Origin: Candidatus Sericytochromatia bacterium
Lineage (GTDB): Bacteria > Cyanobacteriota > Sericytochromatia > S15B-MN24 > JAQBPE01
NCBI GenBank assembly: GCA_035285125.1
Contig: JAYKHR010000007.1
Span: 1 to 48,138 of the forward strand
Length of the DNA stretch: 48,138 bases
Reading direction: 5' to 3'
In this document: positions 36,568 to 45,053 of the stretch, one piece after another
Layout: every line of letters starts with the position of its first letter
How positions within the stretch are numbered: position 1 is the stretch's first letter
Made by a program: the position numbers and the translations under genes
The notes under the pieces: generated by a model
What the model was told of the DNA's origin: nothing
Seen by the model: only the letters and a program-made list of their open reading frames with translations
Databases searched by the model: none

Positions 36568-37923
36568 CTACCAGAACCGGCCGATGCCGCCGCGGATCCC
36601 GCCGCGCCCGCCGAGGCTTCGGCCGAACAGCCCGCCCCCGATGCCGCCGGCCGACGAGCTCTGGTCCACCATCTCGTCATCCGAGCCGATCTCATGCAAG
36701 ATCGGCAGGGTGTCGATCACGCCCGCGCCCGGGTGGAACAGCATCAGCTGCCGGTCCCCGCTGCGGTCGGTGTTGAAGACGATGGCCTGCTCGTCGCCCC
36801 CGAGGAAGCGCGGGGAGCGCTCGTCGTAAGGCGAGTTCGCCAGCATCAGGCGGTCGAGCACGCCCGTCGTCATCTCCGCGAGCATGATGTCGTCGCTGCC
36901 CATCCGGTCCGTCGCGAAGACGAGCATCGAGCCGTCGGCGTTGAGCGCCGGGTCCATCTCGTCGTCCGGCGAGTTCACGAAGGGCGGGCTGATCAAGGTC
37001 GCGGCCTCGATGTCGTAGATGAAGATGTCCCAGCCCGTGTAGTCGACGTCGGCGGCAAAGGCCACGTAGTTGCCATCGCCCGACAGCCAGGGCGTGCGCA
37101 CGTCGTCGCCGAGCTGCGCGACGACGGTCGGCACGTAGCTTCGGCCCGTGGTGAGGTCGTGCAGCCCCAGCGTCTGGTAGCCGCCGCGCTCCAGCACGTA
37201 GGCGACCGTGGTGCCGTCGTCGTCGACGGTGGGAGCCACCTCGTCGTACTCGGTGTTGAGCGTCGGGAGCATGTCCACGAGGCCTGTCTTGAGGTCGTAC
37301 AGGTAGATGTCCCAGTCCCCGTTCACGTCCGTGGCGTAGATCAGCCAGCGCCCGTTGGCGCTGACGCGCGGGTTGATCTCGTCATCGCCGGTGTTCACGC
37401 CCGGCAGCGCGAGCACGGTGCCTGCGGCGTGGTCGTAGACGAAGACGTCCGCGCCATAGCCCCCACCGGTGTCGCGGTTCGAGGAGAACGCCACGAGGCC
37501 GCCCTGGCCGAGGGCGCCGAAGCCCGTCTCCTTCACCACGACCACGGGGCCGTCGGTCTCCGCGCCGGTGGCCGCGGTGCCCGACGCCGTCGGCGTGGCC
37601 GAGGCCATCGCCGCGGGGGCCCGCTCGCCGTCGTCCTCATCGTCGCCGATCACCACCACGGGCGCGTCGGACCCCTCAGACCAGTCGAAGTCGTCGAGGG
37701 ACGTGTTCCAGGGCCGGTCCTGCACCATGCCGCCCAGCCGCAGCGGCTCCTCGGGCTTGCCGTCGGCCCTTGGCTGCGGGGCCGCCGCGTACGGGCCGAC
37801 CCCCGGCGGTGTTGGCGGGACGGCGCCCGGCGCCGTGCCCGTTGGCTGCGGTCCGCCGCACGCCACAAGGGCCGCCGCGAGCAGCGGCGGAAGGGCCCAT
37901 CGGCCCAGGCTCGTCATCTTCAC
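36568..37923 (-). CDS. TolB-like (PD40 repeat) beta-propeller lipoprotein
   Basis: Lipobox LVAC; VAFSSNRD, PRVSANG, PWLSGDG, FATDR repeats. Confidence 0.85.
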   Translation of the reverse strand: MKMTSLGRWALPPLLAAALVACGGPQPTGTAPGAVPPTPPGVGPYAAAPQPRADGKPEEPLRLGGMVQDRPWNTSLDDFDWSEGSDAPVVVIGDDEDDGERAPAAMASATPTASGTAATGAETDGPVVVVKETGFGALGQGGLVAFSSNRDTGGGYGADVFVYDHAAGTVLALPGVNTGDDEINPRVSANGRWLIYATDVNGDWDIYLYDLKTGLVDMLPTLNTEYDEVAPTVDDDGTTVAYVLERGGYQTLGLHDLTTGRSYVPTVVAQLGDDVRTPWLSGDGNYVAFAADVDYTGWDIFIYDIEAATLISPPFVNSPDDEMDPALNADGSMLVFATDRMGSDDIMLAEMTTGVLDRLMLANSPYDERSPRFLGGDEQAIVFNTDRSGDRQLMLFHPGAGVIDTLPILHEIGSDDEMVDQSSSAGGIGGGLFGRSLGGRGGIRGGIGRFW

Positions 37924-38031
37924 GGTACGCCTCCTCCGGAGCCCACTCCGGTGGCAGCCCCCACCCCCGAGGCTGCCTCCCCTCACATGGGGCGACTATA
38001 GGTCCGAGGAGCGGCCGGTGCCAACGTGTGC

Positions 38032-38826
38032 TCAGCGGCTTCGGGCGTCAGGCGCCTGCCAGGGCCGCTGGACGGAGACGCCTCGGATGGCGCCTTGCGC
38101 GTCGAGCTGCGCCGCGAGCCCGTATCGGGGCGACAGCCAGGTGTCTCCGCGCCGCGCCCCCGGGTAGCGGGTGGCGAGCGTGGCCGCGGGCTGGCCCACC
38201 GTCAGCCCGTCGCGGGTTCCCAACCGAGGCGACCGGCTCGTCACCCGGTCGAGCCGCCCTGCTGGGTCGAAGGTCAGCACCAGCGTCATCGGCGTGGCCA
38301 GTGGCACGCGCCAGGAGCCGTCGCCCCCGATCTTGCCGCCGATCGCCTCCACCACCCGTCGCTGATCCCCGATCATCAGCAGGCCTGCCGAGAACCCCGG
38401 GATGAGTTCGGCCGCGTCGAGCTTGAGGAAGCCCTTCTCCAGGTAGACCCAGCGCCACGCCCGCTCGCCCGCCAGCATCAGCAGGTCCGGCGTGGGGCGC
38501 CCAACCTGCCGGACGTGGCGCGCCTCGAGCAGCACCCGGCCGTCGGCCGCCCGCAGTCGCCAGGGCGAGGCCGTGCCCTCGAAGCTCGCGCCCGCCGCAC
38601 CCTGCAGCGTGGTGACGCGGTGGTCGTGCCCCCCCCGGTTGGTGCTGCGCAGGCGCAGCTCCGTGGCCCCCATCGGCCTGCGCCGGAGCCTGAGGCGCTC
38701 GGGCGCGCCGTCCTCGTCGAGGTCGCCCAGCGCCACCTCCGGCCCATCCTCGGCCAGCCACGTGGGCAGGTGCGGCAGCAGGCACCCCACCATGATGAGG
38801 CCCGCCCCGGCCCCGGCCAGCAGCAT
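38032..38826 (-). CDS. Hypothetical exported or membrane-anchored protein
   Basis: N-terminal hydrophobic segment, GDLDEDGAPE FG-GAP-like motif; start uncertain. Confidence 0.6.
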   Translation of the reverse strand: MLLAGAGAGLIMVGCLLPHLPTWLAEDGPEVALGDLDEDGAPERLRLRRRPMGATELRLRSTNRGGHDHRVTTLQGAAGASFEGTASPWRLRAADGRVLLEARHVRQVGRPTPDLLMLAGERAWRWVYLEKGFLKLDAAELIPGFSAGLLMIGDQRRVVEAIGGKIGGDGSWRVPLATPMTLVLTFDPAGRLDRVTSRSPRLGTRDGLTVGQPAATLATRYPGARRGDTWLSPRYGLAAQLDAQGAIRGVSVQRPWQAPDARSR

Positions 38827-39223
38827 CCGCACCCGGCTGCGCCACAGTTGCACCCCGGGGCCCTCTCCCAAAGACAGCACCGCATAGAGAAGTCGCATTT
38901 ATACCACCCCGCTGCGTGGCTCAGGTGCAGCACCTGTGATGCCCACAGCGGCTTCATACAGCCCCGGAACCCTTGAAACACTGTTTGATTTGACCAAAGG
39001 GTGTGACACATTCGCCGCAGTCGATAGCCGGCCCAGGCAAAAATCAATCTCACTCAATTCAACTCACCGCAATCGTTGGATTGAAAACCCATCCGGTCAG
39101 GACATTCCGACCATCGAGACGGCCTCCAGTCGTGCACCTGGGATGTGCGCTGAGGGTCCGGACCGGAGCGGGTGGTGGGAGGCGTTCGGGTTGAGGGAGG
39201 TTCCCTCGAAGGAGGAAGAAGGC

Positions 39224-40573
39224 ATGCGTATGCGCAACTGGATGGCTGCTTCGCTGTCACTGTCGGTGGGCTTGGGGGCGTTGGCGGGCTGCGCGAGCGG
39301 TCCTGCCCCCACGGCGCCGGGCAAGGCGCCCGTGGTGGAGCAGGTGCAGGCGCCCGCTCCCGCCACGGGGGGCACGATCAACGCGCCGATCCGGGCCCAG
39401 GAGGGCATGACCAGCCAGCCGCCGGCCAGCACCGCCACGTCGGGCAGCGGTGGCTCCAGCAGCGGCGGGGCCTCGGCAACGGCGCCCACAACGCCCTCCG
39501 CGCCAGCGGCGGGCACGCCTGGGGGCACCACCACCGAGCCGGTCTCGCCCGGCACGGCCGTGATCGCCGACGCCGTGGTCGGCGGGGTCGGTGGCGGCGT
39601 GGTGGGCATGGGCTACACCGGCGGCTTCGATGGCGAGGGTGAGAACGGCCTGATCACGTTCCAGTCCGACCGGGCCACCGGCGGCGGCGCGGGGATGGAC
39701 ATCTTCGTGTTCGACGCCGTGGCGGCCACGGTGCTGGCGCTGCCGGGCGTCAACACCCTGGCGGACGAGACCAACCCCCGGCTCAGCTCGAACGGCCGGT
39801 GGCTCGTCTACCAGTCGAACGAGAGCGGCGACAACGACGTGTTGCTGTTCAGCCTGGAGAGCCAACTGATCAACACGCTGCCGACGCTGAACACCAATGC
39901 CGACGAGGAGCAGCCGGACGTCAGCAACGATGGAGACGTGATCGTGTACGTCTCCAACCGGGCAGGCGCCGACGAGCTTCGTGTCTTCGACCTGGTGGAT
40001 GGCAACAACTTCCGGGTGCCCATCGCGAACCGCGGCCTGTACGACGTGAACTGGCCGACGATCTCGGGCAACGGCGAGGTGATCGCCTACGGCGCCTCCG
40101 ACGGGCAGTCTGCCGACGTGTTCGTCTACAGCCTGCGGGACGCCGCGCAGCTCACGCCGCCGTTCCTCAACACCCCGGACGGGGAGTACAACCCCGACCT
40201 CAACGAGCAGGGCGACCTGATCGCCTTCGTCTCGAACCGGCGGGGCTCCGAGGACATCTACGCCGTTGACATGCGCAGCGGCTTCATCGACAACCTGGTG
40301 CTCGCCAACTCGCCCCACACCGAGCAGGAGCCGCGCTGGCTCGCCGGGGCTGACGACGCCCTGGTGTTCCACACGAACCGCACGGGCGAGTTCCGGATCA
40401 TGGCTTACAACCTTGAGACGGCCGTGCTGAACACGCTTCCGGTGGCGAACGAGATCGGCTCCAACACCCAGCTGCGTGACACCACGCCGCGCCTCTCCGA
40501 GAAGCACCACGACGACTGCAAAAACTGCCACGACGACAAGAAGGTCGAGCCCCTCGACGCAGCGGCCGAGTAG
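39224..40573 (+). CDS. TolB-like (PD40 repeat) beta-propeller lipoprotein, paralogue of 36568-37923
   Basis: Lipobox LAGC; shared TVLALPGVNT.DE.NPR.S.NGRWL; C-terminal CKNCH. Confidence 0.88.
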   Translation: MRMRNWMAASLSLSVGLGALAGCASGPAPTAPGKAPVVEQVQAPAPATGGTINAPIRAQEGMTSQPPASTATSGSGGSSSGGASATAPTTPSAPAAGTPGGTTTEPVSPGTAVIADAVVGGVGGGVVGMGYTGGFDGEGENGLITFQSDRATGGGAGMDIFVFDAVAATVLALPGVNTLADETNPRLSSNGRWLVYQSNESGDNDVLLFSLESQLINTLPTLNTNADEEQPDVSNDGDVIVYVSNRAGADELRVFDLVDGNNFRVPIANRGLYDVNWPTISGNGEVIAYGASDGQSADVFVYSLRDAAQLTPPFLNTPDGEYNPDLNEQGDLIAFVSNRRGSEDIYAVDMRSGFIDNLVLANSPHTEQEPRWLAGADDALVFHTNRTGEFRIMAYNLETAVLNTLPVANEIGSNTQLRDTTPRLSEKHHDDCKNCHDDKKVEPLDAAAE

Positions 40574-40685
40574 GCACCGCAGGCAGCGCGGCCAGCGCCG
40601 GAGCATCCGGCGCTGGCTCGCGCCAGCCCCTCGTCCACGCCGTCCTCCGGCCGGAGGCGGCGTGGACTTGTCGAGGAGGGATCCG

Positions 40686-42206
40686 ATGCCGATGCACCGA
40701 AGCGTGTCCGTGGCCCCCTGGCGCCTGGCCCTCGGGTGGCTGGCGGGAGGGGGCCTGCTCGCAGCCTGCCTGCCGGCCGGGCCCACCGAGGCCCCCACGC
40801 CCGTCACCAGCCCTGAGAGGCCTGCCGCCGTCGCGCCTTCTGCCCGGGTGGGGCCTCGCCCGCCCGTCGGGGAGCGGCTGATGCCCGGCGGCCGCCTGCA
40901 GCTCGTGGCCCCGGCGGCGGGTCGGCGGGTGCTGCTGCTGGCGAACCCCAGCGGCGAGGCGATCACCGTCGAGGTGGCCGTGACGCCAGAGGGGCTGGCG
41001 CCGAGCCCCTCGCCCACCCCGACCCCGGGCCCCTCGGGCCGCTCCATCTTCCCGCCCTTCGGCTTCGGCGGCGATCGCGGGGGCTGGACGGGGCTCACAG
41101 GCCTCAGGCGGCTCTCTGCGGCCCCGGAGGCCGCGCCGGTGGGGGCGCTGGCGACGTTCTGGATCAACGACGGCAGCGCCACCCTCGCCGGGGATCGCCC
41201 GCGCGTGGCCCGTCAGCGCCTCGAGACGCCGAACGCGCGCTTCTTCGTCGACACGGAGGACCTCGAGGCCGTCCCCGAGGACCGCCTAGTCGAGCTCGCC
41301 GAGGCCTTCGAGCGGCGCATCAGGCCGCCGCTGACACGCGTGTTCGGGGCGGAGGATCGGCCCGGCGTCGATGGCGACCCGCGCCTCTTCATCGTGCTGT
41401 CCGATTGGGTCGGCAGCGCCGCGGGGCGGGAGGGCATGATGGGCTACTTCTGGCCCCGCGACCCGCTACCGGCGGCCCCGCAGGCGACGGACCTGCGCCG
41501 CCACGCGAATGAGAAGGAGGTCCTCTTCCTCTCGACGCGCATCCTGGAGCAACCGGACGTCACGGCCCTCGGCACGCTGGCGCACGAGTACCAGCACCTG
41601 CTGATGTTCTGCGCCAAATCGCGCACCGACGGGGTGCCGCGGACCGAGGCCACGTGGCTCGACGAGGGCTGCTCGATGCTGGCGATGGACCTCGCCGGTC
41701 TCGGGCGGGTGGCGGGCGATCCGTTCGTGCTCGACGAGATCCGGGCTTACATGGCCGCGCCGGGGCGCTACTCGCTGACGGACTGGGCCGGCAACCCGGA
41801 TGGCCGCAGCTACGGCCTCAGCTACATGTTCGTGCGCCACCTGACGGCCCGCTTCGGGCTCGGCCTGATCGAGGAACTGCAGCGCACGCCGCTCACGGGC
41901 GTGAAGGCCCTCGACGCGGTGCTTGCCACGCGTGGCAGCTCGGCCGCCGAGGCCTGGGTGGACTGGCTGCGGGAGGCGGGCGAGGCGATGGTGGCGGGCG
42001 AGCCGGGGCGGGGGCCCACGCCTGAGGCCCTCGTGCGCTCGACCTCCTTCGGCGTGCGGCCCTGGGGGGGCCTGTACCTCGAGGCGGAGGCCCTCGGTCG
42101 GGTGCCGCGGCACGTGACGTTCCTGCAGCCGTCGGCCCCGCTCTTGATCTGGCGGGGCGCCCCCGGCGATCCCACCGGCCAGCTGCAGCTCGACGAGGCG
42201 CGCTGA
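40686..42206 (+). CDS. Zinc metalloprotease lipoprotein (M30/hyicolysin-like)
   Basis: Lipobox LAAC; TLAHEYQH and WLDEG motifs. Confidence 0.85.
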   Translation: MPMHRSVSVAPWRLALGWLAGGGLLAACLPAGPTEAPTPVTSPERPAAVAPSARVGPRPPVGERLMPGGRLQLVAPAAGRRVLLLANPSGEAITVEVAVTPEGLAPSPSPTPTPGPSGRSIFPPFGFGGDRGGWTGLTGLRRLSAAPEAAPVGALATFWINDGSATLAGDRPRVARQRLETPNARFFVDTEDLEAVPEDRLVELAEAFERRIRPPLTRVFGAEDRPGVDGDPRLFIVLSDWVGSAAGREGMMGYFWPRDPLPAAPQATDLRRHANEKEVLFLSTRILEQPDVTALGTLAHEYQHLLMFCAKSRTDGVPRTEATWLDEGCSMLAMDLAGLGRVAGDPFVLDEIRAYMAAPGRYSLTDWAGNPDGRSYGLSYMFVRHLTARFGLGLIEELQRTPLTGVKALDAVLATRGSSAAEAWVDWLREAGEAMVAGEPGRGPTPEALVRSTSFGVRPWGGLYLEAEALGRVPRHVTFLQPSAPLLIWRGAPGDPTGQLQLDEAR

Positions 42207-42313
42207 CGCCGACGGCGCGGGGCGAGCCTTGGCCCGCCCCGCGCCGGCTTCCGGCCCAGGCTGACGGCCCCGGGGGCGCCGTTGACCCCGGGGCCGCCGA
42301 CCGTGCGCGTCGG

Positions 42314-43207
42314 TTACCGCAGCCGCGCCAGCTCCGCCGAGGGCTGGCCGGCGTAGGCCGCCCGCCCGGCATGCTCTGGCTGCAGGGCAGCTGCGACCTT
42401 GTCACCCCAGGTGCCCAGCGGCAGGGCGCGGCCCTGCGAGTAGAACCACTTGGGGTTGTGGAACGTGAGCTTCTCGATCGCCGACAGCGGCACGTTCGCC
42501 TCGGCCATGGCGCGGGCCGTGCGGGGCACGGCGAGCGGGTCGCCCATCAGGCGCCCGGCGGCGCTGTTCAGGACGTAGCCGTCGGTGCCCTCCCGGGCGA
42601 TCAGGCCCACGGCCGCCTCCACGCGGATGTGGGTCTGCGGATCGATCGTCAGCCCCGCCCAGGCGCCGAAGCGGCGCACCGTCAGGGCCGACGCCTCGTT
42701 GACGCCGTTGACGAGCATGTAGCGGGCCGGCAGACCCTCCTCGGCGGCCACGTTGAGCATCCGCGCGACGTGTTCCGGCCGATCCGTCGGGCGGGCCTGC
42801 AGCACCACGGGCAGCTCGTGGCGTCGCGCGAGGCGCACCTGGCGGCGGAAGATGTCCTCCTCGACGGGGCTGCCGTTGCCGAGCCCGATCTCGCCGATCG
42901 CCACGACGTTGTCCTGCTCGAGGTAGCGCGGCATGGCGTTGAGCACCGCGTTCGCCACCCCCGTGTGCGTCGCCTCGTGGGGCAGGATGCCGAGGCAGGC
43001 TCCGTAGCCGAGCCCGAAGTGCGCCGCGCGGCGGGCCTCGGGGCCGACGAGGCGCTCGAAGTCCTCCAGGTAGGTCTCGGCGTGCTGGCGGTTGGTGCCC
43101 AGCCACGTGATCGGCTCGATGACGGCGGCGCAGCCGGCTGCGCTCATGAGCTCCAGCTCGGCGGGAGAGCGGCGGGAGGCGTAGATGGTCGCATCGATGA
43201 AGTACAT
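42314..43207 (-). CDS. TatD/EboB-like TIM-barrel protein with degenerate metal site
   Basis: AVIEP.W.G, VVAIGEIG and DPLAVPRTA match EboB-type TatD; His ligands are missing. Confidence 0.85.
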   Translation of the reverse strand: MYFIDATIYASRRSPAELELMSAAGCAAVIEPITWLGTNRQHAETYLEDFERLVGPEARRAAHFGLGYGACLGILPHEATHTGVANAVLNAMPRYLEQDNVVAIGEIGLGNGSPVEEDIFRRQVRLARRHELPVVLQARPTDRPEHVARMLNVAAEEGLPARYMLVNGVNEASALTVRRFGAWAGLTIDPQTHIRVEAAVGLIAREGTDGYVLNSAAGRLMGDPLAVPRTARAMAEANVPLSAIEKLTFHNPKWFYSQGRALPLGTWGDKVAAALQPEHAGRAAYAGQPSAELARLR

Positions 43208-43475
43208 GCTTCGGGTTCTCCTGACAGATGTCTTCAAGGGGGGGCGGTGAGCTTCCCGCGGGCCCACGGGGAGCAGCTTCACGATTAATAATTAAATTAT
43301 GTGAAGCAGTGGGCGCCACGTTAACACCTGGCACGCGGGGCTGTCAATATGTTAACCAGGGTGGCTGGGGAAAAGCCCTGGAGGCTCTTCAAACAATGGT
43401 TTCAGGGGCCTTGGCGAGGCCCAGAGATCTCCGCGCGAGGCCTGGCAGGGGCCACGCGGGCAGGCGTCATGGGCA

Positions 43476-43665
43476 GCCCTGATTCCGCAACAGCCGGCCA
43501 CCCGGGTTGCGGTCGCGTTCACCTTGAGGTTGAGGGGAGCTTCCTTCGCCTTCGTCCACCGGGGGCGCCTCACCCGGTGGTTGCGCTTTATCCAGCGGTT
43601 GCACAAGAAAATGTGCTCCCTTCTCCAGCTGGGAGAAGGTCCGCGTCAGCGGGGATGAGGGAATC
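43476..43665. repeat. Repeat-family copy: left end GCCCTGATTCCGC plus REP-like hairpin
   Basis: Terminal motif at 43476-43488; ctcccttctcc..gggagaaggtccgcgtcagcggggatgaggg at 43616-43661. Confidence 0.75.
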
Positions 43666-43742
43666 GCCGGGCCACGCCCGGCGCGCAGGGCGGGCCTGGT
43701 TGTCCGGCCTCACCCGACGTCATCCCCAGGAGGTCCTTGCCC

Positions 43743-44456
43743 GTGTGCGGTCGTTTCAGCCTCACCCCTGGCGCCATCCCGCTGCTGGACGCCACCTTCG
43801 AGCTCGAGGGCGCCGAGGCGGCGCTGGTCGGGCGCTGGAACATCGCCCCGACGCAGGCCGTCGCGATCGTGCGCGCCGTCGACGGGCGGCGGCGGCTCGA
43901 GCTGGCCCGCTGGGGCCTGCTGCCGGCCTGGCTCAGGGACGCCGCCCGCGCGCCGCTGCTGATCAACGCCCGGGCCGACACGGTGGCCGAGAAGCCGGCC
44001 TTCCGGGACGCCCTGCGCCACCGCCGCTGCCTCGTGCCGGCCGACGGCTTCTTCGAGTGGGCCCCGCCGCCGGCAGGCGCCCCCAAGGCGGCGCCCAAGC
44101 AGCCCCACTGGTTCCGCCTCGCGGCGGGCGGCCCCTTCGCGCTCGCTGGCCTGTGGGAGTGCTGGACGCCGCCGGAAGGCCCCCCCGTCCTCAGCGTCAC
44201 CTTGATCACCACCGAGGCCAACGCCTGCGTCGCCTCCGTCCATGACCGGATGCCGGTGATCCTGCCGCCGGAGGCCCACGCCACCTGGCTCGATCCGGCC
44301 TGCGAGGCGCCGGAGGCCGTGCTGCCGATGCTGCGGCCCTACCCCGCCGAGCGGATGACGCGCACGCCCGTCAGCACCCGGCTCAACTCGGCGCGGGAGG
44401 ACGATCCGAGCCTGGTCGAGCAGGCCTCGCCCGTGGTGCAGCCGCGCCTGTTTTGA
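43743..44456 (+). CDS. SOS response-associated peptidase (SRAP, YedK/HMCES family)
   Basis: (M)CGRF N-terminus, NIAPTQ, INARAD, RCLVPADGFFEW, HDRMPVIL; AGGAGG RBS. Confidence 0.93.
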   Translation: MCGRFSLTPGAIPLLDATFELEGAEAALVGRWNIAPTQAVAIVRAVDGRRRLELARWGLLPAWLRDAARAPLLINARADTVAEKPAFRDALRHRRCLVPADGFFEWAPPPAGAPKAAPKQPHWFRLAAGGPFALAGLWECWTPPEGPPVLSVTLITTEANACVASVHDRMPVILPPEAHATWLDPACEAPEAVLPMLRPYPAERMTRTPVSTRLNSAREDDPSLVEQASPVVQPRLF

Positions 44457-44472
44457 TGAGAGCCCGATCAGG

Positions 44473-44491
44473 CTTAACTTATAATTAACGC
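44473..44491. promoter_or_regulatory. TTAA-N7-TTAA tandem box
   Basis: CTTAACTT-ATA-ATTAACGC. Confidence 0.45.
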
Positions 44492-44592
44492 CGGCCACCT
44501 CATTGGGAACCGCGTGGACACCCCCTGGACGACAACCCTCTCGGAAGCAGGTTCTCTGCCGGTGTGCCGCAAAGCAAGAGAGAGGTCCCAGG

Positions 44593-44904
44593 ATGTTGCA
44601 TGTCGTGAGTTCCACCGTTGCTCAGGCCGGCGCGCCGGCGCCCCGCGTCGCGCAGGCCACGAGCGCCAAGCAGCCCGAAGGCTTCGCCACCGACAAGTGG
44701 GTCCCGCAGGTCAGGGAGCTGCGGGCCAACGGCTTCGGCGTGCGCGTGGGTTCTTTCACCTTCAACTCGGACGGGAGCACGTCCACCCACCTGGGGAACA
44801 CGATCATCCGGTCGGACGGGCGCACGTCTTCCCAGTTCGGCTCAACGATCATCCACTCGGACGGGAGCACGTCCTCGCAGTACGGCAACGTGGTCATCGA
44901 CTGA
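44593..44904 (+). CDS. Small protein with three 15-aa SDG-T-S..G.TII repeats
   Basis: GAGG RBS; SDGSTSTHLGNTIIR / SDGRTSSQFGSTIIH / SDGSTSSQYGNVVID. Confidence 0.7.
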   Translation: MLHVVSSTVAQAGAPAPRVAQATSAKQPEGFATDKWVPQVRELRANGFGVRVGSFTFNSDGSTSTHLGNTIIRSDGRTSSQFGSTIIHSDGSTSSQYGNVVID

Positions 44905-44988
44905 GAGGCCCGTTCTCAGCCTGCACGCCGGGAAGCCCACCGCTGCTCGGGCTCGCAGCCCCGCTGGCCCCAGCGATGGCACCAGTTT

Positions 44989-45007
44989 GTTAAACAAACC
45001 TTAACAC
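44989..45007. promoter_or_regulatory. TTAA-N7-TTAA tandem box upstream of the phospholipase D gene
   Basis: GTTAAACA-AAC-CTTAACAC. Confidence 0.45.
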
Positions 45008-45053
45008 ATTAATTGCCACTTGTTATCCGATAACACGTCTCATACAGGGGTGC

